From contig NIVC01000158.1 in NCBI GenBank assembly GCA_002269645.1, forward strand, positions 372,001 to 436,000: a stretch of DNA of 64,000 bases. The letters run 5' to 3'. This document shows positions 11,083 to 22,554 of the stretch, one piece after another. How positions within the stretch are numbered: the first letter of the stretch is position 1; each line of letters begins with the position of its first letter. The translations under genes and the position numbers were made by a program. The notes beneath the pieces are model-generated. The model did not search any database. It saw only the letters and a list, made by a program, of their open reading frames with translations, and was not told the DNA's origin. The stretch comes from Macrostomum lignano (taxonomy: Eukaryota).

Positions 11083-14049
11083 ATGAGACCGCTCACTCTG
11101 GCACTCGCCATCTTGCTGGTTGTTGTGGCGACCAGTCGACTCGGAACCGCCTATCCCACCTATGCCAACAAAGTGCCCAACGGAAACGGCGTCCAGAGTC
11201 CGTGCAACGCCGACGAGCTGTGGCCGGGCGTCGGGCACCTCCATCAGGCCGGCGGGGGGCCGAGGAATCCGTTTGGACTCGACTTGAAGGCTGAGGGATT
11301 CGTGAGTTCAGTCCCTGAGTGAGGGTGCCGTCAGTCCCTGAGTGTGGGTGCTACCAGTCCCTGAGTGAGGGTACCATCAGTTCCTGAGTGAGGGTACCAT
11401 CAGTTCCTGAGTGAGGGTACCATCAGTTCCTGAGTGAGGGTACCATCAGTTCCTGAGTGAGGGTTCCATCAGTTCCTGAGTGAGGGTTCCATCAGTTCCT
11501 GAGTGAGGGTACCATCAGTTCCTGAGTGACGGTACCATCAGTTCCTGAGTGAGGGTTCCATCAGTCCCTGATTGATGGTTGCTTTGAGTCCTGAGTGAAG
11601 GTGCTGTCAGTAACACTTTATCACCTACAAACCGCCTTCTCGCAGAAGTGGACCCAGCAACTCTGCCGCAAAGACTCCGACGGTGACGGCCGGACCAATG
11701 GCGAGGAGCTCGGCGACCCCGAGTGCGTTTGGCAAGAAGGCGGCAAGCCGAGCCGCACTGACAACGTCACACATCCGGGAATCTGCGAGCCAGTCGGCTC
11801 AGAGAAGTGCGCCAAGCTCAACGGCGAGTTCAAGTGCCCGGAGCAGTTCAACTGCAGCGCCATCCACCAGCCTGGCGTTCGCCAGATGTCGCTGCGACTC
11901 AACCGCACTGAGGTGCCGCCGAAGGAGACCACGTACATGTGCCAGGCGTATGAGGTGAGCAATCGGACCAAGGAGCACATGATTGCCGCAGTTCCAGTCA
12001 TTGACAACCCCGCTGTGCTGCACCACATGATCATCTATGGCTGCACGCAGAAACCCAACGGTAAGTTTTGGTTTATCTTGCTTGAAGGCGAAACCATTTA
12101 GTAACATTGTGTTTTGATATGGAGATGTTTTAACGGTCTTTAGAGATAGTTAAAGGGACGCAGCTAAAGATTTTAGACATGCTGCAGATATTGACGAGAT
12201 GAAGACGTAGTGGAGCTGAGATGTAGTGAAGCTGAGATGTAGTGAAGCTGATGGCAGGCTACTCGGTAGGTAATAGTCTCAGATTGTTGTCGTCTAAAGA
12301 CAGGATGAGGCAATGGAAGTTCACTGCTCAGGAGCTAACAGAACGGCTTGTCAGGAGCTCTGCTATCAGTAGTAAGAATTACGTATTTTACTTAAAAAAA
12401 CCAAAATTCGTTTTTAGTTGCTCTGGACTCGCCTTTCGAGTGCGGCATGAGCGCTGCCAACTGCTTCAACCTCATCGACCTGTGGGGCCTCGGCATGCGA
12501 CCCGGGAACTGCTACAGGGACGACGTTGGCGCGCCGTTCGGCCTGGAGGGCTACCAGTACGTCGTGCTGCAGCTGCACTGGAACAATCCAGCAGAAGTGA
12601 CGAACTGGTTCGATGCGTCTGGCTTTGAGCTGTACTTCTCGCCCAAGCTCAGGCAGTACGACACCGGAGTGATGATGTACGGTCAGGCGAAGCTGGACTT
12701 GGCTCCACGACAAAAGGAGATTTACCGCACAGCCACGAGTGACAGCCGCAGCTCGAAGGAGCTGCTGCCTCAGGACGGCGGCTACAAGCTGCTCTGGGGC
12801 ACCCTGCACATGCACCTGTACGGAACCAGGGGTCAGGTCAGTACTGCGCTAGTTTCATACTACGGGTAAATGGAAGTCTCAAGGTTGCTTATTATGCCCA
12901 TTAGGTCTCTAAGTGCGCGACCTCTAGAATTTTTTATCATTGATTTTGAAAGGACAAATTTCACAGTTAGTCACTATCTGACTAACGCACCATCCGCAGG
13001 TGTCACTCTGGCGCAATGGCCAGAAGGTCCGAGACCTCATTCCTATGCACAACTTTGATTATGACACGCCGATTGTATTCGAGTACCAGCAGCCCATCGA
13101 CTATCTTCCCGGAGACGAGATCCGCACAGACTGCTACTACAGCACCGCCAAGACCAACCGCAGCGTCTACTGGGGCGAGTCGACCCAGGAGGAGATGTGC
13201 TACAGCTTCTTCCAGTACTTTCCGCACAACCGGACCAAGGCGCAGAGTTGGCCAAACGTTGACCTCTGCACCAGCTTTGGCAAAATCGACTACTGTGTTA
13301 CGGGTCTTCAAAGTGTCAAGGGTGAGTGATGTCTTGGGTCATTTGGGTAAATTCCAATTATCATTTATGATGATTGTCTTGTATCTTGAAATGCAATCCA
13401 ACTCAGTGGCAACTGAAGCGTACACTGTACCCTTGCCCCCACAGAGTACATCGTTGACGGCTGCGACGTGAAGACACTCCAGTCGGGCCAGCTGATTCAA
13501 AAGTACAAGAAGGACATCGACAGCGAGTGCCGTCACGCCTACCAGTACCGCTGCTCCGACCAGTGCCTGGCCTGGTACCGATCGGTCAAGGCCAGCGAGC
13601 CCTGCTTCAACGGCGACCCGATCGACTACATTCTGCTGTACACTCGGTACAGCAGCAATGGGGATACCAGAGCGCTGGCTGGCTACCTCGATCTGTGCGC
13701 TGAGAGGGACCAGCGGGACAAGCTGCAGGTAGGGACGAGCTGATTATCACACAAATGTAACAATTACTCAACACAAATGCAAAGCCAAATTAAAATCCTC
13801 GATAAACCTCAGTAAGTCCCTACATTGCTTTTCTTACAGGAGGCCAAAGCGGAGATTGACGAGCTGAACAAGCGATCGACTCCCGCACCTGAGGTTCACA
13901 ACAGTCTGCTGAGCCACGACATCCGCCTGTTGATTGTGTCGGCCTCTTACCTGGCTGGGCTGCTGTTGGCTGCCCTGCTGGTGCTGGTCATTTTCAGGAT
14001 GAAGAGGAGCTCCGTGGCCAGCATTGAGTCAAAGGGCATCCACATGTAG
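11083..14049 (+). CDS. Temptin-domain / copper type II ascorbate-dependent monooxygenase (DBH/MOXD1/PHM family), copy 1, 622 aa; exons 11083-11301, 11646-12060, 12418-12836, 13000-13321, 13445-13728, 13840-14049
   Basis: Signal peptide; temptin motifs (PNG..PC..GVGH..GGGPRNPFG, WT..LC..DSDGDG.TNGEELGDP.C.W); ETTYMC; CuH ligands HHM and LQLHW; CuM ligands HMH and EEMC; C-terminal TM helix. All splice phases are compatible (1869 nt). Confidence 0.92.
11307..11600. repeat. 23-bp minisatellite CAGTTCCTGAGTGAGGGTACCAT in intron 1 of copy 1
   Basis: Tandem array starting right after the donor site. Confidence 0.9.
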
Positions 14050-15025
14050 AAAGTGCAAAGCATGATTGACTGCTTATTTATGACTCAAGAACTGCTACTG
14101 CAAGTGCCGATTCAAATTCAAGTTGTTTCCTTGATTTTCGACATCAATTTTTACGAATTCTGTTTTAGTTTTTAAAATGTGCAAGTCATATTTTCATCAA
14201 TTTAATAGTTATTCACGTCAGATCCGATTTGAGTAAGTTGACGACACTGAGGAATTGTACTGCAGTGACACAGTAAATCAAAGAAGTACACCAGTTCTGA
14301 CCCAGTAATCATTTTTTCTGTTGTAACAGGAAATAGAAAACAACTTCTCGTTTGCTTTGCATCATGAAAGCATTCAATGACAGTTTTTATAGTACCTTTG
14401 CATCGATTTCAATGATAAGGCATCAGCCGCTTTGATTGAAAATAAATATTAATTAATAAGTTTGATTAGCACGCATGTCATACGTTTAGTTTCTGTCTTT
14501 CGTGAACTATAATGTTCTCATTCATTGCGAGTTTTCTACAGCTAGCTGCAAGTGCCCCTCATTTCGGTACCTTGGAAAGAACTTAAAATCCGCTGGCTTG
14601 AAAAACTGACTGAAAATATCAATAAAGGTGCTGATTTTCTTTATAGTCAAAAGTGACCGAGCACCAACAGTAGGGGTCTGTTCCAATCTGCTAGACCAGA
14701 CCTCGGATAGATGGATTTCAAGTTGGAGGCGCAGCCGCTTATTGTCTTCTGCAGGTTCGCTTCAACAATTGTACAAACGGACAATGGCTTTAAAATCTAT
14801 TGAGAGTTGACGCAATTTTATCGATTTTAGCTTCCATGTTTCGGTGGACGTTCGTGCAGAAAACTCTACCAGTTGGCAATGAAATCATCAAACACAGTCA
14901 TCAAGTATTGTTTGAAGCAAACACTATTGAATTTAATCGCACTCAGAAATCAATGCGTACTGCCTGTTTAACACGCATCCAGCTTCTGTTTACATATGCA
15001 TAGATGCGTTGGCTCTGTTTTACAT

Positions 15026-15543
15026 GGCCACCGGACATTTCCCCTCCGGCGTTTCCCCTCCGGCGATTCCCCTCCGGACATTTCCCCTCCGGACATTTCC
15101 CATCCAGCTATAACGAAATAACAGAGCTTTAGAACATGCCAAAAAGAAGTTTTGCACGCATGTACGTCACATCCATGTAGTTATGCTGTTAGATCGCTTT
15201 TATTTAAAAAATTATGTAAGTAAAAAAGTGAGAGTAGATTGTTTTATTATGTTTTATTATAATATATTATTATTATCTTTATTATTAATATATAATTTTT
15301 TATATATTATTATTATTATATTATTATATTATTTTGTATATTATTATTTTTATACTATAATATTATAATATTACTATATTATTACATGTATATATACACT
15401 TATATACATTTATATATATACATGCAACTTATGTTCTCTTTGGACATGTCCGAAGGCACTGTTATTTCGTTATAGATGAAGGGGAAATGTCCGGAGGGGA
15501 AATGTCCGGAGGGGAAACGCCGGAGGGGAAATGTTCGTCAGCG
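15026..15543. mobile_element. MULE/Mutator-type MITE (518 bp) with an AT-rich core
   Basis: 9-bp direct repeat GTTTTACAT at 15017-15025 and 15544-15552. About 120-bp imperfect TIRs built from CGGACATTTCCCCTC subrepeats. Confidence 0.8.
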
Positions 15544-16337
15544 GTTTTACATATAGAAAGAGTGCTCGCAAGCTCAGCTCAGATAATTGGGTTAAGCAGG
15601 CTAAAAGTTGTGTTATAGTTCTAAGCGTAAGGCTACCATGACGTCAACTGATATACAAGCGTTGTATACACAATGAATGAATACAACGTATTGTATACTA
15701 ATTAATTGTATATATTGTAACTATACTTATACCCAGACGCAGTAAAGAAATATTTTTACCATTGTTTAGCAAGTTGACGATCATTATTCACATTTTTAAT
15801 GCAGAACAATCCATTACTACAAAAATGCATTGTCTGTAGGATCGTCAAACAGAAAAACAATGCAAAGAGCCAGCGGTCCCAGTGCGTGACAACGATTGTC
15901 TGGCGAGCGGCCTATATTATGTATCCATTATAATATATCCATCCAATGGATTATATATCCATTATTCAACACTTTTCAGGTTATAGGCCGTAGACAAGGA
16001 TTTGAAATAACGTAGCTATGTTTTAACAGATAAACCGGTGAAAAAATTGACAGTAGAGGCTTCCTTGAATTATTAAGTATATAATCTCTGCGCCGAGGCC
16101 TGAGAAACGAGTTTGAAGTCGTTCTGACCATAGACAAATAAATAAACGGGAGAGATAGTATTTTTCCACAACTTGGCTCGGTCTTGTGGAAAAAAAGAAC
16201 TATAGCTCAACAATCTATGGTTCTGATCGAAACGGAACAGTCCCGAGTTTGATGCGATAGCGATAGTTTGATGCTGTGTAAGCAATTTAATTACAATTAC
16301 GATTACAATTAATTGGCGACGATATAGCGACAGATAG

Positions 16338-16723
16338 ACCAATCAGAGTCTGCGTAAGACTACAGCTACGCTGCTCGACGAGGCTGGGCTTCAACGGCCC
16401 GACATTTGCCGCGTCACAGGCCATTCGAGCTCTGCTCTTGAGCGCTATGTTGGAGTGTCAGTGAAGAAGCAAATGAGCTGCAGTGCTCTGATCAGCCGCT
16501 CTGCTGAGGTGCTGCAGATGCTTCGACCTCAAGGACTCCGACGGTTGCCACTGCTCGTGATGCTGGAGGCGCTCCGACAACTGGGACTACGACGGTTGCC
16601 ATTGTTCCTGATGCTGGAGGCGCTCCGACAACTGGGTCTACGACGGTTTCTACTGCTCCTGCGAAGAAAATGCGAATCGAAGTTTCTGGAAATGATAACA
16701 CCGTCGTGATCACTATGGAGTGA
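16338..16723 (+). pseudogene. Crypton-type tyrosine recombinase C-terminal relic
   Basis: TNQSLRKTTATLLDEAGLQRPDICRVTGHSSSALERY matches the HSLR..TGH..Y catalytic block (H replaced by Q). Probable frameshift into an A/T/G/P-rich tail ending KKMRIE. Confidence 0.65.
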
Positions 16724-19132
16724 GAAAGACAATAAGTGCTTTACTGTCATTGACTATCAGTCTATTAGCGTTAGTGTCAACCATAGTTGCTTTTTGTGGC
16801 CTTTTTGTTGTCGTTGTCAGTTCCAAATAAATCGTTTCTTCTTCCGGGACAAATAAATATTTCTTCGTCCCGGACAAATAAATGCTTCAACACTAGACCA
16901 TACACTTATTTGACCGGGACAAGTGGGGGATAAAAACTTGTCGCGACTTTCCTATTCATTTCTTAGTTCACCTTCACTTGTCTCTGTTTACTCTGTTTAC
17001 TCTGTTTTCTCTCTCTCTGTCTAGCTCAATCTTGTTATTCTTATCTCTCTTTCCCTTGCTGCCTTCTGATTGGCTCTCATTCTCACCTCTCTCTTTAGTC
17101 GCGCACTCCACCCCTCTCTTTATTATCTTCAATTCAAACCCCCTGCAATTTAATGTGATATAAATACACTTGGTTTGGGCCCTGCGCCCACTTACTGCTC
17201 CTTCTCTCTCAGTATCAATTTAACTCCAATTAAATAGTCTTTAGTTTAGTTTTTAGTCTTTTCTCGACAATACTTATTAATTGATATCAAACAAATGCAA
17301 TTTTGAAAACGCCAAATTGCATGAAAAAGATAAATTAGGCTTCACTTTTGCAACATACTTCATCAGTTCGTAGCCGATTATTCATCTGTTCAACCGTTGA
17401 TTTCAGAAGTGACTGAAGCTCGGCGCTATCCATTGTCGAGATCGACTGCTCATTGAAACCATCCACTTCCGGCAGGTCCGGCAGTTCTTCAGTTCCATGG
17501 TCGTTCTCAATCCAATCAATGAAATCCCGCAAGGCCTGGTCATCATGATGGTCCGTTGAACTAAGCTCAAACAGCAGTTGCAACTCGTTCATCGACTCCG
17601 TTTAGTATAGCCAGTCCACGGGAAAGATGTTTCCAATTAATAAGCGCAGCCATAGTTGCTTTGTAGAGAGAGAGTTTTAATTTTTGAGAATCGCATAACT
17701 GCATAATCAAAGACAGACTTTGAGGAAACTGTTTTGTCTATGGCCCACTTAAGTATATGGTAGACCTCATATAGCTCTCGTGTGTTTCGTCTATGGTAAA
17801 CTAAATCGCAAAACAGCCAATAGCACCGGAGCCAGAAAGTGTTGAATAATGACAGCGACAAAAGTGATAAATAATGACATGGCGTTGGGTAAAATTATAA
17901 ATACAATGCACTATACAATTATAAATACAATGCAATGGTTCATTATTCAACGAAGTTACATACTATACAATCTACCATTATTAATTGTATACAACGGTAG
18001 CTTCTAGTGGTCCTTGCTTGGTCATGGAGGAGCAAGATCAGCCCAGAATCGTGGACCATATGATAAGACTGTCGAACGAACGCCATTGGCTTGTGATCGA
18101 AGCGGAGTTTTGACCATGGTAAAGTTTTGTCTTTTTATAGTTGAGCAGATTGCATTTTTGACGTCACCTTGTGTTGGTACAGTGAAATTTTCTCAAATAA
18201 ATTTCTAGCATTACATAGCTGACACCCAATCATTGATGCTTGATGCTTGATGGACCAAATTAAATGCCGCTGGGCCAGCCTTGCTACCATAAACAAAAGC
18301 TCCATAACTTTGGCAAACGTATCATATTTGGCAAACAGTTCTCTAGTTGTGGGATGACGAAGTATGAGTATCAATGATATTATACCATCGACATTTTAGT
18401 CTAGGCTAAACTTTCATAGCAAGGGCGGGCGTGTGGGGGCTATGGGGTGTTGGAGCGATGGCTGCACTTACTGCCATAGACGATTTTTTAGAATTGTAAA
18501 AATGCTTTGTCATCAAGAGAACCGTTCTCGCTTTTTAAATGGAATCTGCTAGAGAGAGGCTTTATACTGATGACCAGACAATTGAATATTACAACAAAGT
18601 GTTATTTAATAAAAGCAGAGACCATGATTAACCACAGCAGCATTCTCGAAGAAGACATTGCCGGAAAAAAATTCTATTTTCTAAACGATTTAACTTAATT
18701 TGCCAAAAACTACAAGGCTTTTAAGATATTAAAAAATAAGGGATACTTACCTCCACTGCTGGGTCGGCAAATTTCGATGCTGTATTCTTGAAGTCTCGAT
18801 CCTACTCTTGTGCATTGTGTCTCGTAAGCTTTGCTTACTCATCACAATCGCTCTAAATTTGCTTAAACTTCTGCAGCGATAATAGATTTTTGATTAATAG
18901 CGCATTAATTCACAATCAAAACTATTGAAGTAACTTAGCAAAGCGACGCTATTTAGCGTTACTTTCTTCCCCAGGAATCATTTCACTGACTCATGGTTGT
19001 GCAAGCGCCGAATGCTACTCACTGGCCTCAGGTTGCTCAAAAAGTCCTTTAACTGAGTCATAAATAAACAATGATATGAAGCCATTAGTCACTGCGAAAT
19101 GAAAAGTGCAGTAGGCAGGCGAAACAGTCCGT

Positions 19133-19139
19133 TATAAAA
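19133..19139 (+). promoter_or_regulatory. TATA box of monooxygenase copy 2
   Basis: TATAAAA in the same context as 10982. Confidence 0.55.
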
Positions 19140-19457
19140 GTGGAGAAGGCCAGCAGAAAGTAGCTGCGATAAGAACAAACTTAACCCAAGCGAACAGAAA
19201 ACTGAAATCAAAGTGTCTTCTGTACTTTGAAAAATGCGACCGCTCACTCTGGCACTCGCCATCTTGCTGGTTGTTGTGGCGACCAGTCGACTCGGAACCG
19301 CCTATCCCACCTATGCCAACAAAGTGCCCAACGGAAACGGCGTCCAGAGTCCGTGCAACGCCGACGAGCTGTGGCCGGGCGTCGGGCACCTCCATCAGGC
19401 CGGCGGGGGGCCGAGGAATCCGTTTGGACTCGACTTGAAGGCTGAGGGATTCGTGAG

Positions 19458-19680
19458 TTCAGTCCCTGAGTGAGGGTGCCGTCAGTCCCTGAGTGTGGGT
19501 GCTACCAGTCCCTGAGTGAGGGTACCATCAGTTCCTGAGTGAGGGTGCCATCAGTTCCTGAGTGAGGGTACCATCAGTTCCTGAGTGAGGGTACCATCAG
19601 TTCCTGAGTGAGGGTTCCATCAGTTCCTGAGTGAGGGTATCATCAGTCCCTGATTGATGGTTGCTATGAGTCCTGAGTGA
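19458..19680. repeat. 23-bp minisatellite in intron 1 of copy 2 (fewer units than copy 1)
   Basis: Same unit as 11307-11600. Confidence 0.9.
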
Positions 19681-21328
19681 AGGTGCTGCCAGTAACACTT
19701 TATCAACTACAAACCGCCTTCTCGCAGAAGTGGACCCAGCAACTCTGCCGCAAAGACTCCGACGGTGACGGCCGGACCAACGGCGAGGAGCTCGGCGACC
19801 CCGAGTGCGTTTGACAAGAAGGCGGCAAGCCGAGCCGCACTGACAACGTCACACATCCGGGAATCTGCGAGCCAGTCGGCTCAGAGAAGTGCGCCAAGCT
19901 CAACGGCGAGTTCAAGTGCCCGGAGCAGTTCAACTGCAGCGCCATCCACCAGTCCGGCGTTCGCCAGATGTCGCTGCGACTCAACCGCACTGAGGTGCCG
20001 CCGAAGGAGACCACGTACATGTGCCAGGCGTATGAGGTGAGCAATCGGACCAAGGAGCACATGATTGCCGCAGTTCCAGTCATTGACAACCCCGCTGTGC
20101 TGCATCATTTGGCCATTTTCGGTTGCAAAGAAAAGCCTAACGGTGAGTTTTCACTGCTTTTAATTCACCAGTCTCGACGCCGTTGGAAGTTAGCAAAGCT
20201 ATTGCTTAACTCTCGTGTTCCATATCAGTGCCTTTGGAAACGCCCTTCGAGTGTGGCATGAGCGCTGCCAACTGCTTCAGTCTGATCGACCTGTGGAGCC
20301 TCGGCATGCCCGGGAACTGCTACAGGGATGACGTTGGCGCGCCGTTCGGCCTGGAGGGCTATCAGTATGCTGTTGTGCAGCTGCATTGGAGCAATCCAGC
20401 AGAAGTGACGAACTGGTTTGATGCGTCTGGCTTTGAGCTGTACTTCTCGCCCACGCCCAGGCAGTACGACACCGGAGTAATGATGTACGGTCAGGCGAAG
20501 CTGGACTTGGCTCCACGACAAAAGGAGATTTACCGCACAGCCACCAGTGACAGCCGCACCTCGAAGGAGCTGCTGCCTCAGGACGGCGGCTACAAGCTGC
20601 TCTGGGGCATCATGCACATGCACCTGTACGGAACCAGAGGTCAGGTGAGCGCTTCAGTTCGCTTTTTAGCTCGCAAAGAGTACCACCGTTCAGCTCTAAA
20701 CTGTGCTATCTTGAACTTAGATTAATCTTAGTACACTAGGCCACTTGCCAACAATAGTAACCCATTTTTGCAACAGGTGTCACTCTGGCGCAACGGTCAG
20801 AAGGTCCGAGACCTCATTCCCATGCATAACTACGACTACAATACTCCGATTGTATTAGAGTACCAGCAGCCCATCGACTATCTTCCCGGAGACGAGATCC
20901 GCACAGACTGCTACTACAGCACCGCCAAGACCAACCGCAGCGTCTACTGGGGCGAGTCGACCCAGGAGGAGATGTGTTACAGCTTCTTCCAGTACTTTCC
21001 GCACAACCTAACGAAATCTCACAGTTGGCCAAATATTGACGCCTGTTCAAGCTTTGGCAAGGTCGACTACTGCGTTATGGGTCTCAAAAGTGTGGAAAGT
21101 GAGTTCTTCTATTCTATTCAGTATTCAATTTGGATGCAGTACTATTTAATAGGTTTTTGTTTTAACCTTTTTAATGAACGGTTTCTATATTGGCTATCAG
21201 TTACACGGCCACAGAGAGACAGAGTTTTGAATCCAGTCTTCGGTCAATCGGTTTTTATTGCCCGGAAAAATTCACCCAGGCTTTCCCTCTACAGTGATAT
21301 TTAAGTACAATAAGGTTCCGAAAAAGCA

Positions 21329-22554
21329 TGTGGCGGAAGGCCTTTTAGTTTCAATAGATGGAATGGCAGCGAAGAGTTTTGTGCTGCATTGCGTGTATAT
21401 TTATATGTACACAGACTGCGCGAGATTGAGGGGCCTAGGGAGGTGCGAAAAGGTGGCGTGGCGTGATAGGCTACGCCGACCCCCCCCCCGGCTTAGCGAG
21501 CCGGCTAGCATGGCGCGCACCCACCCCACCTGAGCTAGACAGAGGTTTGGGGGCGTTTCCAGTGCGGCTGCACTGGTGCTGCCAGTCGCGTACAGTCTGG
21601 CCGCCACACAGCTCCCCCCAGCACCGAGCTAGGCCCCGAACGTCGGGTGGTAGCCGAGGCCGCGAGAATGCCGAGGAGCGGGCGCCGAAGGCAGCAGGGG
21701 CGCGAGGCGGGCGCTGAAGGCGGCAGGGGTGCGAGGCGGGCGCCGAAGGCGGCAGGGGCGCGAGGCGGGCGCTGAAGGCGGCAGGGGCGCGAGGCGGGCG
21801 CCGAAGGCGGCAGAGGCGCCGATGGCAGCAGGGCGCCAGGCGGGCGCCGAAGGCAGCAGCAGGGGTGCGCAGCCGGACCACACCAGAGGCAATCGACAGT
21901 CAGTTGCCGCCGTGAGCCGGGTCGATGCTCCTGCACAGAGGCTGGGGACGTTAGGCTAGCAACAGCGGTGCTAGCCTAGAATGAGCTGCAGCGTGTGGCG
22001 CTGGTTGGTCCAACGCGGGGGCCGAAAGGCGAGACCCCAGGAGCTACCGGGTGGCGGGCTGACTGGGCCGATTCGTGCTGCGGGCCGCGGGGTACTGCTG
22101 TAGCTGCTGGGCTGCTGGGCTGCGGTGCTGCAGGGCTGCTGCTGGGCTGCGGTGCTGCTGGGCTGCGGTGCTGCTGTGCTGCCGTTGCAGTCGGCCAAGG
22201 CGGTTGGCTGCCAGGACCGCACAGGGCCGACCAGGTAGGCCCAGCGTTCCGCGCTGGGAGTCGGGCTCACCAATGAGGCGGAAGGCCTTTTAGTTTCAAT
22301 AGATGGAATGGCAGCGAAGAGTTTTGTGCTGCATTGCGTGTATATTTATATGTACACAGACTGCGCGAGATTGAGGGGCCTAGGGAGGTGCGAAAAGGTG
22401 GCGTGGCGTGATAGGCTACGCCGACCCCCCCCCCCGGCTTAGCGAGCCGGCTAGCATGGCGCGCACCCACCCCACCTGAGCTAGACAGAGGTTTGGGGGC
22501 GTTTCCAGTGCGGCTGCACTGGTGCTGCCAGTCGCGTACAGTCTGGCCGCCACA
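21329..22554 (-). mobile_element. Non-autonomous miniature LTR retroelement (TRIM-like, 1226 bp) in intron 4 of copy 2
   Basis: 280/281-bp direct repeats (21329-21608, 22274-22554) with TG..CA ends (TGTGGCGG..CCGCCACA). 4-bp TSD AGCA. On the minus strand: PBS TGGTGAGCCCGAC next to one LTR, GGGGGGAG polypurine tract next to the other, TATAAATA in the LTR. Confidence 0.9.
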
